From assembly GCF_009914755.1 (NCBI RefSeq), contig NC_060940.1: a stretch of 64,000 bases of DNA; one strand, given 5' to 3'. Within the stretch, counting starts at the first letter, position 1. Each line of letters starts with the position of its first letter. The notes under the pieces were generated by a model. It saw only the letters and a list, made by a program, of their open reading frames with translations. It did not search any database and was not told the DNA's origin. The position numbers and the translations under genes are program-made. Source of the stretch: the human T2T-CHM13v2.0 reference genome, Homo sapiens. Of the stretch, positions 14,640 through 29,267 are shown in pieces.

Positions 14640-17600
14640 TCAAGTGCATTCGATGATATCATTCGATTCCATTTGATGATAATTCCATTTGATTCCATGC
14701 GATGATTCTCTTCGATTCCATTCAATGATAATTCCATTCAATTCAGTGATTCCTCTGGACTCCATTTGATGATGATTCCATTCAATGATTCCATTCGATT
14801 CTATTCGAAAATGATTCCATTTGAATCCATTTGATGATGATTCCATTAGATTCCATTTGATGATTCCATTCGATTCCATTCGACGATGATTCCATTCGAT
14901 TCCGTTTGATGATTCCATTCTATTCTATTCGATGATGATTCCATTCGATTCCATTCGATGATGATTGGATTCGATTCCATTGGATGATTTCATTTGATTC
15001 CATTCGTTAATGATTTCGATCAATTCCATTCGATGATTCCATTCGATTCCATTCGATAATGATTACATCCGAGTCCATTCGATGATTCCCTTTGAGCCTG
15101 TTCGATAATTCCATTTGAGTCCAACCAATGATTCCATTCATTTCCATTCAATGATTCCATTCGAGTCCATTTGATCATTCCGGTAGGGTCCATTCGATGT
15201 TGATTCCATTGGAGTGCATTCGATGATTCCATTCGAGTCCATTTTAGGATTTGATTCGAGTCCTTTCGATGATTCCATTCGATTCCACTCGATGATGATT
15301 TCATTCGAGTCCATTCGACACTTCCAATCGATTCCATTTGATGATTCCATTCGAGTCCAATTGATGATTCCATTCAATTCCATTCGATGATGATTCCGTA
15401 CGATTCCATTCTGTGATGATTCCATGTGATTGCATTCAATGATGATTCCTTTCGATTGCATTCGATTATGATTCATTTCGTGTTCATTCTATGGTTCCAC
15501 AGGTTTCCATTCGTGTCCATTCCATTATTCCATTCTATTCCATTTGATGATGATTCCATTCGATTCCATTCATTGGTGATTCCACTCAATTCCATTCAAT
15601 GATTCCATTCCATTTCTTTCAACAATGATTCCATTAGTTACTAATCGATGATCCACTTGATTCCATTTGACGACGATTCCATTCTTGTCCATTCGATGAT
15701 TCCATTTGATTCCATATGATGATGATTCCATTCGATTCCATACCATGATGATTCCATTCGAGTCCATTCAATGGTGATTCCATTCAATTCCATTCGATGA
15801 TTCCTTTCGATTCCATTCGATGATGATGGCATTCGATTCCTTTCAATCATTCCCTTTGATTCCATTCCAAGGTGATTTCATTCAAGTCCATTCGATAATT
15901 GCATTCGATTCCATTCTATGATGATTCCATTCGAGTCCATTTGATGATTCCATTCAATTCAAGTCAATGATGATTCCATTCGATTCCATTCGATGATTCC
16001 ATTGGATTCCATTCGATGATGATTCCATTCAAATCCTTTCGATAATTCAATTCAAGTCCATTCGATGATGATTCCAATCGAATCCATTCAAAGATTCCAT
16101 TCAGTTCCATTCGATGATTCCCTTAGATTCCATTCGATGATTCCACTTGATTGCATTTACGATGATTCCATTCGATTCCATGTGATGATTCCATTCAATT
16201 CTATTCAATGATGTCTCCATTTGATTCCATTCGACCATGATTGCCTTTGATTCCATTCAATGATTCCATTCGGTTCCGTTTGATGATGATTCCGTTCGAT
16301 TCCATTTGATGATTCCATTTGATTCCATTGGATGGGTCCATTCGATTACATTCGATGATTATTCCATTCGAGTGCATTAGAGGATTCCATTCGAGTCCAT
16401 TCGATGATTCCATTCGATTCCATTCGATGTTGATTCTGTTCAAATCCATTCGATGATTCCACTCGATTCCATTCGTTGACTCCATTTGATCCCATTCGAT
16501 GATTTCCTTTGATTCCCTTTGATGATCATTCCATTTGATTCAATTCGGTGATTTCATTTGATTCCATTCAGTGATGTTTCCATTCGACTCCATTCGATGA
16601 TGATTCCATTCGACTCCATTCGATTATGATTTCATTCAATTCCATTCGATAATGATTCCCTTCGAGTCCATTCGATGATTCCATTCGATTCCATTCAACG
16701 ATGTTTTGATTCGTGTCCATTCGATGATTCCATTTGATTCCACTTGATGATGATTCCATTCGAGTCCATTTGATGATTCCATTCAATTCCATACTCCGAT
16801 GATTTCTTTTGAGGCAACTCAATGCTTCCACTCGATTCCATATGATGATGACTCCATTCGATGAAATTCGATGATGATTCCATTCGCTTGCTTTCGATGA
16901 TGATTCCACTTGAGTCCGTTAGAAGATTCTATTCAATTACATTCCATGACGATTCCGTTCGAGTCCATTTGATGATTCCATTAGACTCCATTCGACGATG
17001 ATTCCATTCGATGTTATTCGATGATTCCATTCGATCTCATTCGATGATGATTGCATTCAACTCCATTCGATGTTTCCATTCGAGTTCATTCTATTATTCC
17101 ATTAGATTCCATTCGATGATGATTCCATTCGATTCCATTTGATGATTGCATTCTATTTCATTTGATGATGATTCCATTCGAGTCCACTCGATGATTCCAT
17201 TCGAGTCCATTTAATGAATCCATTGGTTTCAATTCTATGATGATTACATTGGATTCCATTCGTTGATGATTTCATTCGGTTCCATTCAATGATGATTCCA
17301 TTCAATTCCTTTCAATGTTTCCATTCAATTCCATACGATGATGATTCCATTTGATTTGATTCGACAGTGAGCCATTCGATTCAATTCCATGATGATTCTA
17401 TTTGATTCAATTGGTTGACATTTCCATTCGATTCCATTCGATGATGATTCCCTTTGATTCCGTTCAAAGATGATTCCATTCTAGCCCATTCAATCATTCC
17501 ATTCGATTCTATTCAATGATGATTCCATTCATGTCGATTTGGTGATTCCATTTGACTTCATTTGATGATGATTCCTTTCAAGTTCATTAGATGATTCCAT

Positions 17601-20600
17601 TCGATTCCATTTGATGATGATCCCATTCGAGTCCATTCAGTGATTCCATTCGTTTCCATTCCATGATGATTCCATTCCTTTCCATTCAATGATTCCATTC
17701 GATTCCGTTTGATGATGATTTCATTCGAGTCCATTTGATGATTCCATTTGATTCCATTCGATGATGATTCCATTCGAGTCCATTCGATGATTCTATTCGA
17801 ATCCATTTGATGATTTCTTTTGATTATATTTGGTGATGATTCCATTGGAGTCCATTCAATGATTCCATTCTATTCCAATCGATGATGATTCCATTAGAGT
17901 CCATTTAATGATTCCATTTGATTCCAGTCTCTGATGATTACATTCGAGTCCATACGATGATTCCACTCAATTCCATATGATGATGATTCCATTTGATTCC
18001 ATTCGGTGATTCCATTCTATTCTATTCAATGGTGATTCCATTCGAGTACATTAGATGATTCCATTCGATTCCATTCAATGATGATTCTATTTGTGTCCCT
18101 TAGATGATTCCACATGATTCCATTAGATGATGATACTATTTGAGCCCATCCAATGATTCCCTTCGATTCCATTCGATGAGGATTCCATTCGATTCAATTC
18201 ATTGGTGATTCTATTCAATTCAATTCTTTGATTCCATTCCATTCCATTCGATAATGATTCCATTCGATTTCTTTCGATGATTCCACTCGATTCCACTTGA
18301 CATTGATTCCATTCGATTCCATTCAATGATTCCATTTGATTCCAGTGGATGATGATTGCCATCGATTCCATTCGATCACTCCATTCTATTCCATTTGATG
18401 ATGATTACATTCGATTCCATTTGATGATTCCATCTGATTCTATTCGAGGATTCCATTTGATTCCATTCGATGATGATTCCATTCGAGTCCATTCGATGAT
18501 TTCATTCGAGTACATCCAATGATTCCATTCGAGTCCATTAGATGATTCCATTTGATTCCATTTGAAAATGATTCTACTAGAGTCCATTCAATGACTCCAT
18601 TCGAGTCCATTCAACAATTCCATTCGACTCCATTCGATGATTCCATTCGATTCCATTAGATGGTTCCATTCGAGTCCATTTAATCATTACAGTCGAGTCC
18701 ATTTGGTGATTCCACTGGATTTCTTTTGATAATGATACCATTCAATTACATTTGATGATGATCCCATTCAATTTCATTTGATGATGATTCCATTAGAGTC
18801 CATTCGATGATTTCATTCGAGTCCCTTCATTGATTCCATCCGATTTCATTGGATGATGACTCCATTCGAGTCCATTCGATGATTCCACTCGATTCCATTA
18901 GATGACTCCATTGGAGTCCATTTGATTGTTCCATTCGATTCCATTCGATTCCTTTCGAAGATTATTCCATTTGAGTCCATTCGATGATGATTCCATTCCA
19001 TTCCATTCGATGATTCCGTTTGATTCCATTCGATGATTCCCTTCGATTCCTTTCTTTGATGATTCCATTCCATTCCATTCAATGATTCCATTCGAATCTA
19101 TTCCATGATGATTCCTTTCGATTCCATTCGCTGATGTTTCCGTTCAATTCCATTCGATGATGATTCCATTCGATTCCATTCATTGAGGATTCCATTTGAT
19201 TCCATTCAATGATGATTCCATTCTATTCCATTCAATGATTGCATTCAATTCCATTCAATGATTATCCCATTAGAGTAAACTCCACGATTCCATTCAATAC
19301 CATTCGATGATGATTCCTTTTGAGTCCATTCAATGATTTCATTCAAGTCCATTTGATGATTCCTTTCAATTCCATTCTATGATGATTCCATTCGAGTCCA
19401 TTCGATGATTCCATTCGATTGCATTCGATGATTCCATTATATTCCATTCAACGGTGATTCCTTTCGAGTCCATTCCATGATTCCATTAGAGTACATTTAA
19501 TGAATGCTTTGTTTTCAATTCGAAGATGATTACATTGGATTCCATTCTATGATACCATTCGATTCCATTCAATGATGATTCCACTCAAATCCATTGGATG
19601 ATTCCATTCGTGTCCATTCGGTGATTTCATTAGATTCCATTCGAGGATGATTCCATTCGATTCCATTCGATGATTCCATTCAATTCCATTCGATGATGAT
19701 TCCATTCCAGTCCATATGATCATTCCATTCAATTCCATACGATGATGATTCCATTTGATTTGATTCGACAGTGAGCCATTCGATTCAATTCCATGATGAT
19801 TCTATTTGATTCAATTGGTTGACATTTCCATTCGATTCCATTCGATGATGATTCCCTTTGATTCCGTTCAAAGATGATTCCATTCTAGCCCATTCTATCA
19901 TTCCATTCGATTCTATTCAATGATGATTCCATTCATGTCGATTTGGTGATTCCATTTGACTTCATTTGATGATGATTCCTTTCAAGTTCATTAGATGATT
20001 CCATTCGATTCCATTTGATGATGATCCCATTCGAGTCCATTCAGTGATTCCATTCATTTCCATTCCATGATGATTCCATTCCTTTCCATTCAATGATTCC
20101 ATTCGATTCCGTTTGATGATGATTTCATTCGAGTCCATTTGATGATTCCATTTGATTCCATTCGATGATGATTCCATTCGAGTCCATTCGATGATTCTAT
20201 TCGAATCCATTTGATGATTTCTTTTGATTATATTTGGTGATGATTCCATTGGAGTCCATTCAATTATTCCATTCTATTCCAATCGATGATGATTCCATTA
20301 GAGTCCATTTAATGATTCCATTTGATTCCAGTCTCTGATGATTACATTCGAGTCCATACGATGATTCCACTCAATTCCATATGATGATGATTCCATTTGA
20401 TTCCATTCGGTGATTCCATTCTATTCTATTCAATGGTGATTCCATTCGAGTACATTAGATGATTCCATTCGATTCCATTCAATGATGATTCTATTTGTGT
20501 CCCTTAGATGATTCCACATGATTCCATTAGATGATGATACTATTTGAGCCCATCCAATGATTCCCTTCGATTCCATTCGATGAGGATTCCATTCGATTCA

Positions 20601-23155
20601 ATTCATTGGTGATTCTATTCAATTCAATGCTTTGATTCCATTCCATTCCATTCGACAATGATTCCATTCGATTTCTTTCGATGATTCCACTCGATTCCAC
20701 TTGACATTGATTCCATTCGATTCCATTCAATGATTCCATTTGATTCCAGTGGATGATGATTGCCATCGATTCCATTCGATCACTCCATTCTATTCCATTT
20801 GATGATGATTACATTCGATTCCATTTGATGATTCCATCTGATTCTATTCGAGGATTCCATTTGATTCCATTCGATGATGATTCCATTCGAGTCCATTCGA
20901 TGATTTCATTCGAGTACATCCAATGATTCCATTCGAGTCCATTAGATGATTCCATTTGATTCCATTTGAAAATGATTCTACTAGAGTCCATTCAATGACT
21001 CCATTCGAGTCCATTCAACAATTCCATTCGACTGCATTCGATGATTCCATTCGATTCCATTTGATGGTTCCATTCGAGTCCATTTAATCATTACAGTCGA
21101 GTCCATTTGGTGATTCCACTGGATTTCTTTTGATAATGATACCATTCAATTACATTTGATGATGATCCCATTCAATTTCATTTGATGATGATTCCATTAG
21201 AGTCCATTCGATGATTTCATTCGAGTCCCTTCATTGATTCCATCCGATTTCATTGGATGATGACTCCATTCGAATCCATTCGATGATTCCACTCGATTCC
21301 ATTAGATGACTCCATTGGAGTCCATTTGATTGTTCCATTCGATTCCATTCGATTCCTTTCGAAGATTATTCCATTTGAGTCCATTCGATGATGATTCCAT
21401 TCCATTCCATTCGATGATTCCGTTTGATTCCATTCGATGATTCCCTTCGATTCCTTTCTTTGATGATTCCATTCCATTCCATTCAATGATTCCATTCGAA
21501 TCTATTCCATGATGATTCCTTTCGATTCCATTCGCTGATGTTTCCGTTCAATTCCATTCGATGATGATTCCATTCGATTCCATTCATTGAGGATTCCATT
21601 TGATTCCATTCAATGATGATTCCATTCTATTCCATTCAATGATTGCATTCAATTCCATTCAATGATTATCCCATTAGAGTAAACTCAACGATTCCATTCA
21701 ATACCATTCGATGATGATTCCTTTTGAGTCCATTCAATGATTTCATTCAAGTCCATTTGATGATTCCTTTCAATTCCATTCTATGATGATTCCATTCGAG
21801 TCCATTCGATGATTCCATTCGATTGCATTCGATGATTCCATTATATTCCATTCAACGGTGATTCCATTCGAGTCCATTCCATGATTCCATTAGAGTACAT
21901 TTAATGATTGCTTTGTTTTCAATTCGAAGATGATTACATTGGATTCCATTCTATGATACCATTCGATTCCATTCAATGATGATTCCACTCAAATCCATTG
22001 GATGATTCCATTCGTGTCCATTCGGTGATTTCATTAGATTCCATTCGAGGATGATTCCATTCGATTCCATTCGATGATTCCATTCAATTCCATTCGATGA
22101 TGATTCCATTCCAGTCCATATGATCATTCCATTTGATTTCATTCGATGATGATTCCATTCGATTCCATTCGACGATTCCATTCTATTCCATTCGATGATG
22201 ATTCCATTCGAGTCCATTCGATCAATCCATTCGAGTCCATTTAATGATTCCATTGGGTTCAATTCAATGATGATTACATTGGATTCCGTTCTATGATTCC
22301 ATTCAATTCCGTTCATTGACAATTTGATTCCATTCGATGATGATTCCATTTGAGTTCATTCGATGATTCTATTCGATTCTCTTCGATGGTGATTCAATTC
22401 TATTATATTGGATGATTCCATTCGATTCCATTTGATGTTGATTCAATTCGATTCTATTCGATGATGATTCCATTGGATTTCACTTGATGATTCTATTCGA
22501 TTCCATTCAATGATGATTCACTTCTCGTCCATTGGATGATTCCATTTCATTCCATTCGATGATGATTCCATTGGATTCCATTCGTTGATTCCATTTGATT
22601 CCATGCGACGGTGAGCAATTCGATTCAATTCCATGATGATTCTATTTGATTCAATTAGATGATGTTTCCATTCGAATCCATTCCATGATTATTCCATTGG
22701 AATCCATTCGGCGATGATTCCATATGAGTCAATTCAATGATGATTCCATATGGGTCCGTTCGATGATAATTCCATTTGATTTCATTCGATGCTTCTATTC
22801 TATTCCAGTCGATGATGATTCCGTTGGAGTCCATACGATGATTCCATTTGATTTCATTTGATGATGATTCCATTCGATGACGATTACATTGGATTTCATT
22901 CTATGATTCCATTCAATTCCATTCGTTGATGATTCGATTCCATTCAATGATGATTCCATTTGAGTTCATTCGATGATTCTATTCGATTCCGTTCGATGGT
23001 GATTCAATTCTATTATATTGGATGATTCCACTCGATTCCATTTGATGATTATTCCATTGGAGTCCACTTAGTGAATCCTTTAGATTCTACTCGACGATGA
23101 TTCCATTCGATTCCATTCGATGATACCATTCAATTCCATTCGTTGATGCTTCCAT
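14640..23155 (+). repeat. 8,516-bp variant unit (6,112 plus a 2,404-bp internal tandem duplication)
   Basis: Landmark spacing 8,516. ORF pairs 17558/19962, 18123/20527, 18846/21250 and 19547/21951 are spaced 2,404. Confidence 0.92.
17326..22133 (+). repeat. Direct tandem duplication, 2 x 2,404 bp (17326-19729; 19730-22133)
   Basis: At 19729/19730 ccatatgatcattccatt is followed by caattccatacgatg (source 17326) instead of tgatttcattc, which resumes after 22133. Confidence 0.92.
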
Positions 23156-26100
23156 TCAAGTGCATTCGATGATATCATTCGATTCCATTTGATGATAATT
23201 CCATTTGATTCCATGCGATGATTCTATTCGATTCCATTCAATGATAATTCCATTCAATTCAGTGATTCCTCTGGACTCCATTTGATGATGATTCCATTCA
23301 ATGATTCCATTCGATTCTATTCGAAAATGATTCCATTTGAATCCATTTGATGATGATTCCATTAGATTCCATTTGATGATTCCATTCGATTCCATTCGAC
23401 GATGATTCCATTCGATTCCGTTTGATGATTCCATTCTATTCTATTCGATGATGATTCCATTCGATTCCATTCGATGATGATTGGATTCGATTCCATTTGA
23501 TGATTTCATTTGATTCCATTCGTTAATGATTTCGATCAATTCCATTCGATGATTCCATTCGATTCCATTCGATAATGATTACATCCGAGTCCATTCGATG
23601 ATTCCCTTTGAGCCTGTTCGATAATTCCATTTGAGTCCAACCAATGATTCCATTCATTTCCATTCAATGATTCCATTCGAGTCCATTTGATCATTCCGGT
23701 AGGGTCCATTCGATGTTGATTCCATTGGAGTGCATTCGATGATTCCATTCGAGTCCATTTTAGGATTTGATTCGAGTCCTTTCGATGATTCCATTCGATT
23801 CCACTCGATGATGATTTCATTCGAGTCCATTCGACACTTCCAATCGATTCCATTTGATGATTCCATTCGAGTCCAATTGATGATTCCATTCAATTCCATT
23901 CGATGATGATTCCGTACGATTCCATTCTGTGATGATTCCATGTGATTGCATTCAATGATGATTCCTTTCGATTGCATTCGATTATGATTCATTTCGTGTT
24001 CATTCTATGGTTCCACAGGTTTCCATTCGTGTCCATTCCATTATTCCATTCTATTCCATTTGATGATGATTCCATTCGATTCCATTCATTGGTGATTCCA
24101 CTCAATTCCATTCAATGATTCCATTCCATTTCTTTCAACAATGATTCCATTACTTTCTAATCGATGATCCACTTGATTCCATTTGACGACGATTCCATTC
24201 TTGTCCATTCGATGATTCCATTTGATTCCATATGATGATGATTCCATTCGATTCCATACCATGATGATTCCATTCGAGTCCATTCAATGGTGATTCCATT
24301 CAATTCCATTCGATGATTCCTTTCGATTCCATTCAATGATGATGGCATTCGATTCCTTTCAATCATTCCCTTTGATTCCATTCAAAGGTGATTTCATTCA
24401 AGTCCATTCGATAATTGCATTCGATTCCATTCTATGATGATTCCATTCGAGTCCATTTGATGATTCCATTCAATTCAAGTCAATGATGATTCCATTCAAT
24501 TCCATTCGATGATTCCATTGGATTCCATTCGATGATGATTCCATTCAAATCCATTCGATAATTCAATTCAAGTCCATTCGATGATGATTCCAATCGAATC
24601 CATTCAAAGATTCCATTCTGTTCCATTCGATGATTCCCTTAGATTCCATTCGATGATTCCACTTGATTGCATTTACGATGATTCCATTCGATTCCATGTG
24701 ATGATTCCATTCAATTCTATTCAATGATGTCTCCATTTGATTCCATTCGACCATGATTGCCTTTGATTCCATTCAATGATTCCATTCGGTTCCGTTTGAT
24801 GATGATTCCGTTCGATTCCATTTGATGATTCCATTTGATTCCATTGGATGAGTCCATTCGATTACATTCGATGATTATTCCATTCGAGTGCATTAGATGA
24901 TTCCATTCGAGTCCATTCGATGATTCCATTCGATTCCATTCGATGTTGATTCTGTTCAAATCCATTCGATGATTCCACTCGATTCCATTCGTTGACTCCA
25001 TTTGATCCCATTCGATGATTTCCTTTGATTCCCTTTGATGATCATTCCATTTGATTCAATTCGGTGATTTCATTTGATTCCATTCAGTGATGTTTCCATT
25101 CGACTCCATTCGATGATGATTCCATTCGACTCCATTCGATTATGATTTCATTCAATTCCATTCGATAATGATTCCCTTCGAGTCCATTCGATGATTCCAT
25201 TCGATTCCATTCAACGATGATTTGATTCGTGTCCATTCGATGATTCCATTTGATTCCACTTGATGATGATTCCATTCGAGTCCATTTGATGATTCCATTC
25301 AATTCCATACTCCGATGATTTCTTTTGAGCCCACTCAATGCTTCCACTCGATTCCATATGATGATGACTCCATTCGATGAAATTCGATGATGATTCCATT
25401 CGCTTGCTTTCGATGATGATTCCACTTGAGTCCGTTAGAAGATTCTATTCAATTACATTCCATGACGATTCCGTTCGAGTCCATTTGATGATTCCATTAG
25501 ACTCCATTCGACGATGATTCCATTCGATGTTATTCGATGATTCCATTCGATCTCATTCGATGATGATTCCATTCAACTCCATTCGATGTTTCCATTCGAG
25601 TTCATTCTATTATTCCATTAGATTCCATTCGATGATGATTCCATTCGATTCCATTTGATGATTGCATTCTATTTCATTTGATGATGATTCCATTCGAGTC
25701 CACTCGATGATTCCATTCGAGTCCATTTAATGAATCCATTGGTTTCAATTCTATGATGATTACATTGGATTCCATTCGTTGATGATTTCATTTGGTTCCA
25801 TTCAATGATGATTCCATTCAATTCCTTTCAATGTTTCCATTCAATTCCATACGATGATGATTCCATTTGATTTGATTCGACAGTGAGCCATTCGATTCAA
25901 TTCCATGATGATTCTATTTGATTCAATTGGTTGACATTTCCATTCGATTCCATTCGATGATGATTCCCTTTGATTCCGTTCAAAGATGATTCCATTCTAG
26001 CCCATTCAATCATTCCATTCGATTCTATTCAATGATGATTCCATTCATGTCGATTTGGTGATTCCATTTGACTTCATTTGATGATGATTCCTTTCAAGTT

Positions 26101-29100
26101 CATTAGATGATTCCATTCGATTCCATTTGATGATGATCCCATTCGAGTCCATTCAGTGATTCCATTCGTTTCCATTCCATGATGATTCCATTCCTTTCCA
26201 TTCAATGATTCCATTCGATTCCGTTTGATGATGATTTCATTCGAGTCCATTTGATGATTCCATTTGATTCCGTTCGATGATGATTCCATTCGAGTCCATT
26301 CGATGATTCTATTCGAATCCATTTGATGATCTCTTTTGATTATATTTGGTGATGATTCCATTGGAGTCCATTCAATGATTCCATTCTATTCCAATCGATG
26401 ATGATTCCATTAGAGTCCATTTAATGATTCCATTTGATTCCAGTCTCTGATGATTACATTCGAGTCCATACGATGATTCCACTCAATTCCATATGATGAT
26501 GATTCCATTTGATTCCATTCGGTGATTCCATTCTATTCTATTCAATGGTGATTCCATTCGAGTACATTAGATGATTCCATTCGATTCCATTCAATGATGA
26601 TTCTATTTGTGTCCCTTAGATGATTCCACATGATTCCATTAGATGATGATACTATTTGAGCCCATCCAATGATTCCCTTCGATTCCATTCGATGAGGATT
26701 CCATTCGATTCAATTCATTGGTGATTCTATTCAATTCAATTCTTTGATTCCATTCCATTCCATTCGACAATGATTCCATTCGATTTCTTTCGATGATTCC
26801 ACTCGATTCCACTTGACATTGATTCCATTCGATTCCATTCAATGATTCCATTTGATTCCAGTGGATGATGATTGCCATCGATTCCATTCGATCACTCCAT
26901 TCTATTCCATTTGATGATGATTACATTCGATTCCATTTGATGATTCCATCTGATTCTATTCGAGGATTCCATTTGATTCCATTCGATGATGATTCCATTC
27001 GAGTCCATTTGATGATTTCATTCGAGTACATCCAATGATTCCATTCGAGTCCATTAGATGATTCCATTTGATTCCATTTGAAAATGATTCTACTAGAGTC
27101 CATTCAATGACTCCATTCGAGTCCATTCAACAATTCCATTCGACTCCATTCGATGATTCCATTCGATTCCATTTGATGGTTCTATTCGAGTCCATTTAAT
27201 CATTACAGTCGAGTCCATTTGGTGATTCCACTGGATTTCTTTTGATAATGATACCATTCAATTACATTTGATGATGATCCCATTCAATTTCATTTGATGA
27301 TGATTCCATTAGAGTCCATTCGATGATTTCATTCGAGTCCCTTCATTGATTCCATCCGATTTCATTGGATGATGACTCCATTCGAGTCCATTCGATGATT
27401 CCACTCGATTCCATTAGATGACTCCATTGGAGTCCATTTGATTGTTCCATTCGATTCCATTCGATTCCTTTCGAAGATTATTCCATTTGAGTCCATTCGA
27501 TGATGATTCCATTCCATTCCATTCGATGATTCCGTTTGATTCCATTCGATGATTCCCTTCGATTCCTTTCTTTGATGATTCCATTCCATTCCATTCAATG
27601 ATTCCATTCGAATCTATTCCATGATGATTCCTTTCGATTCCATTCGCTGATGTTTCCGTTCAATTCCATTCGATGAGGATTCCATTCGATTCCATTCATT
27701 GAGGATTCCATTTGATTCCATTCAATGATGATTCCATTCTATTCCATTCAATGATTGCATTCAATTCCATTCAATGATTATCCCATTAGAGTAAACTCAA
27801 CGATTCCATTCAATACCATTCAATGATGATTCCTTTTGAGTTCATTCAATGATTTCATTCAAGTCCATTTGATGATTCCTTTCAATTCCATTCTATGATG
27901 ATTCCATTCGAGTCCATTCGATGATTCCATTCGATTGCATTCGATGATTCCATTATATTCCATTCAACGGTGATTCCATTCGAGTCCATTCCATGATTCC
28001 ATTAGAGTACATTTAATGATTGCTTTGTTTTCAATTCGAAGATGATTACATTGGATTCCATTCTATGATACAATTCGATTCCATTCAATGATGATTCCAC
28101 TCAAATCCATTGGATGATTCCATTCGTGTCCATTCGGTGATTTCATTAGATTCCATTCGAGGATGATTCCATTCGATTCCATTCGATGATTCCATTCAAT
28201 TCCATTCGATGATGATTCCATTCCAGTCCATATGATCATTCCATTTGATTTCATTCGATGATGATTCCATTCAATTCGATTCGACGATTCCATTCTATTC
28301 CATTCGATGATGATTCCATTCGAGTCCATTCGATGATTCCATTCGAGTCCATTTAATGATTCCATTGGGTTCAATTCAATGATGATTACATTGGATTCCG
28401 TTCTATGATTCCATTCAATTCCGTTCATTGACAATTTGATTCCATTCGATGATGATTCCATTTGAGTTCATTCGATGTTTCTATTCGATTCTCTTCGATG
28501 GTGATTCAATTCTATTATATTGGATGATTCCATTCGATTCCATTTGATGTTGATTCAATTCGATTCTATTCGATGATGATTCCATTGGATTTCACTTGAT
28601 GATTCTATTCGATTCCATTCAATGATGATTCACTTCTCGTCCATTGGATGATTCCATTTCATTCCATTCGATGATGATTCCATTCGATTCCATTCGATGA
28701 TTCCATTTGATTCCATGCGACGGTGAGCAATTCGATTCAATTCCATGATGATTCTATTTGATTCAATTAGATGATGTTTCCATTCGAATCCATTCCATGA
28801 TTATTCCATTGGAATCCATTCGGCGATGATTCCATATGAGTCAATTCAATGATGATTCCATATGGGTCCGTTCGATGATAATTCCATTTGATTTCATTCG
28901 ATGCTTCTATTCTATTCCAGTCGATGATGATTCCGTTGGAGTCCATACGATGATTCCATTTGATTTCATTTGATGATGATTCCATTCGATGACGATTACA
29001 TTGGATTCCATTCTATGATTCCATTCAATTCCATTCGTTGATGATTCGATTCCATTCAATGATGATTCCATTTGAGTTCATTCGATGATTCTATTCGATT

Positions 29101-29267
29101 CCGTTCGATGGTGATTCAATTCTATTATATTGGATGATTCCACTCGATTCCATTTGATGATTATTCCATTGGAGTCCACTTAGTGAATCCTTTAGATTCT
29201 ACTCGACGATGATTCCATTCGAGTCCATTCGATGATACCATTCAATTCCATTCGTTGATGCTTCCAT
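23156..29267 (+). repeat. Canonical 6,112-bp higher-order unit, core copy A
   Basis: ORFs recur exactly 6,112 bp later with identical translation (23156/29268, 23536/29648, 25084/31196, 26074/32186, 28063/34175). Confidence 0.95.
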
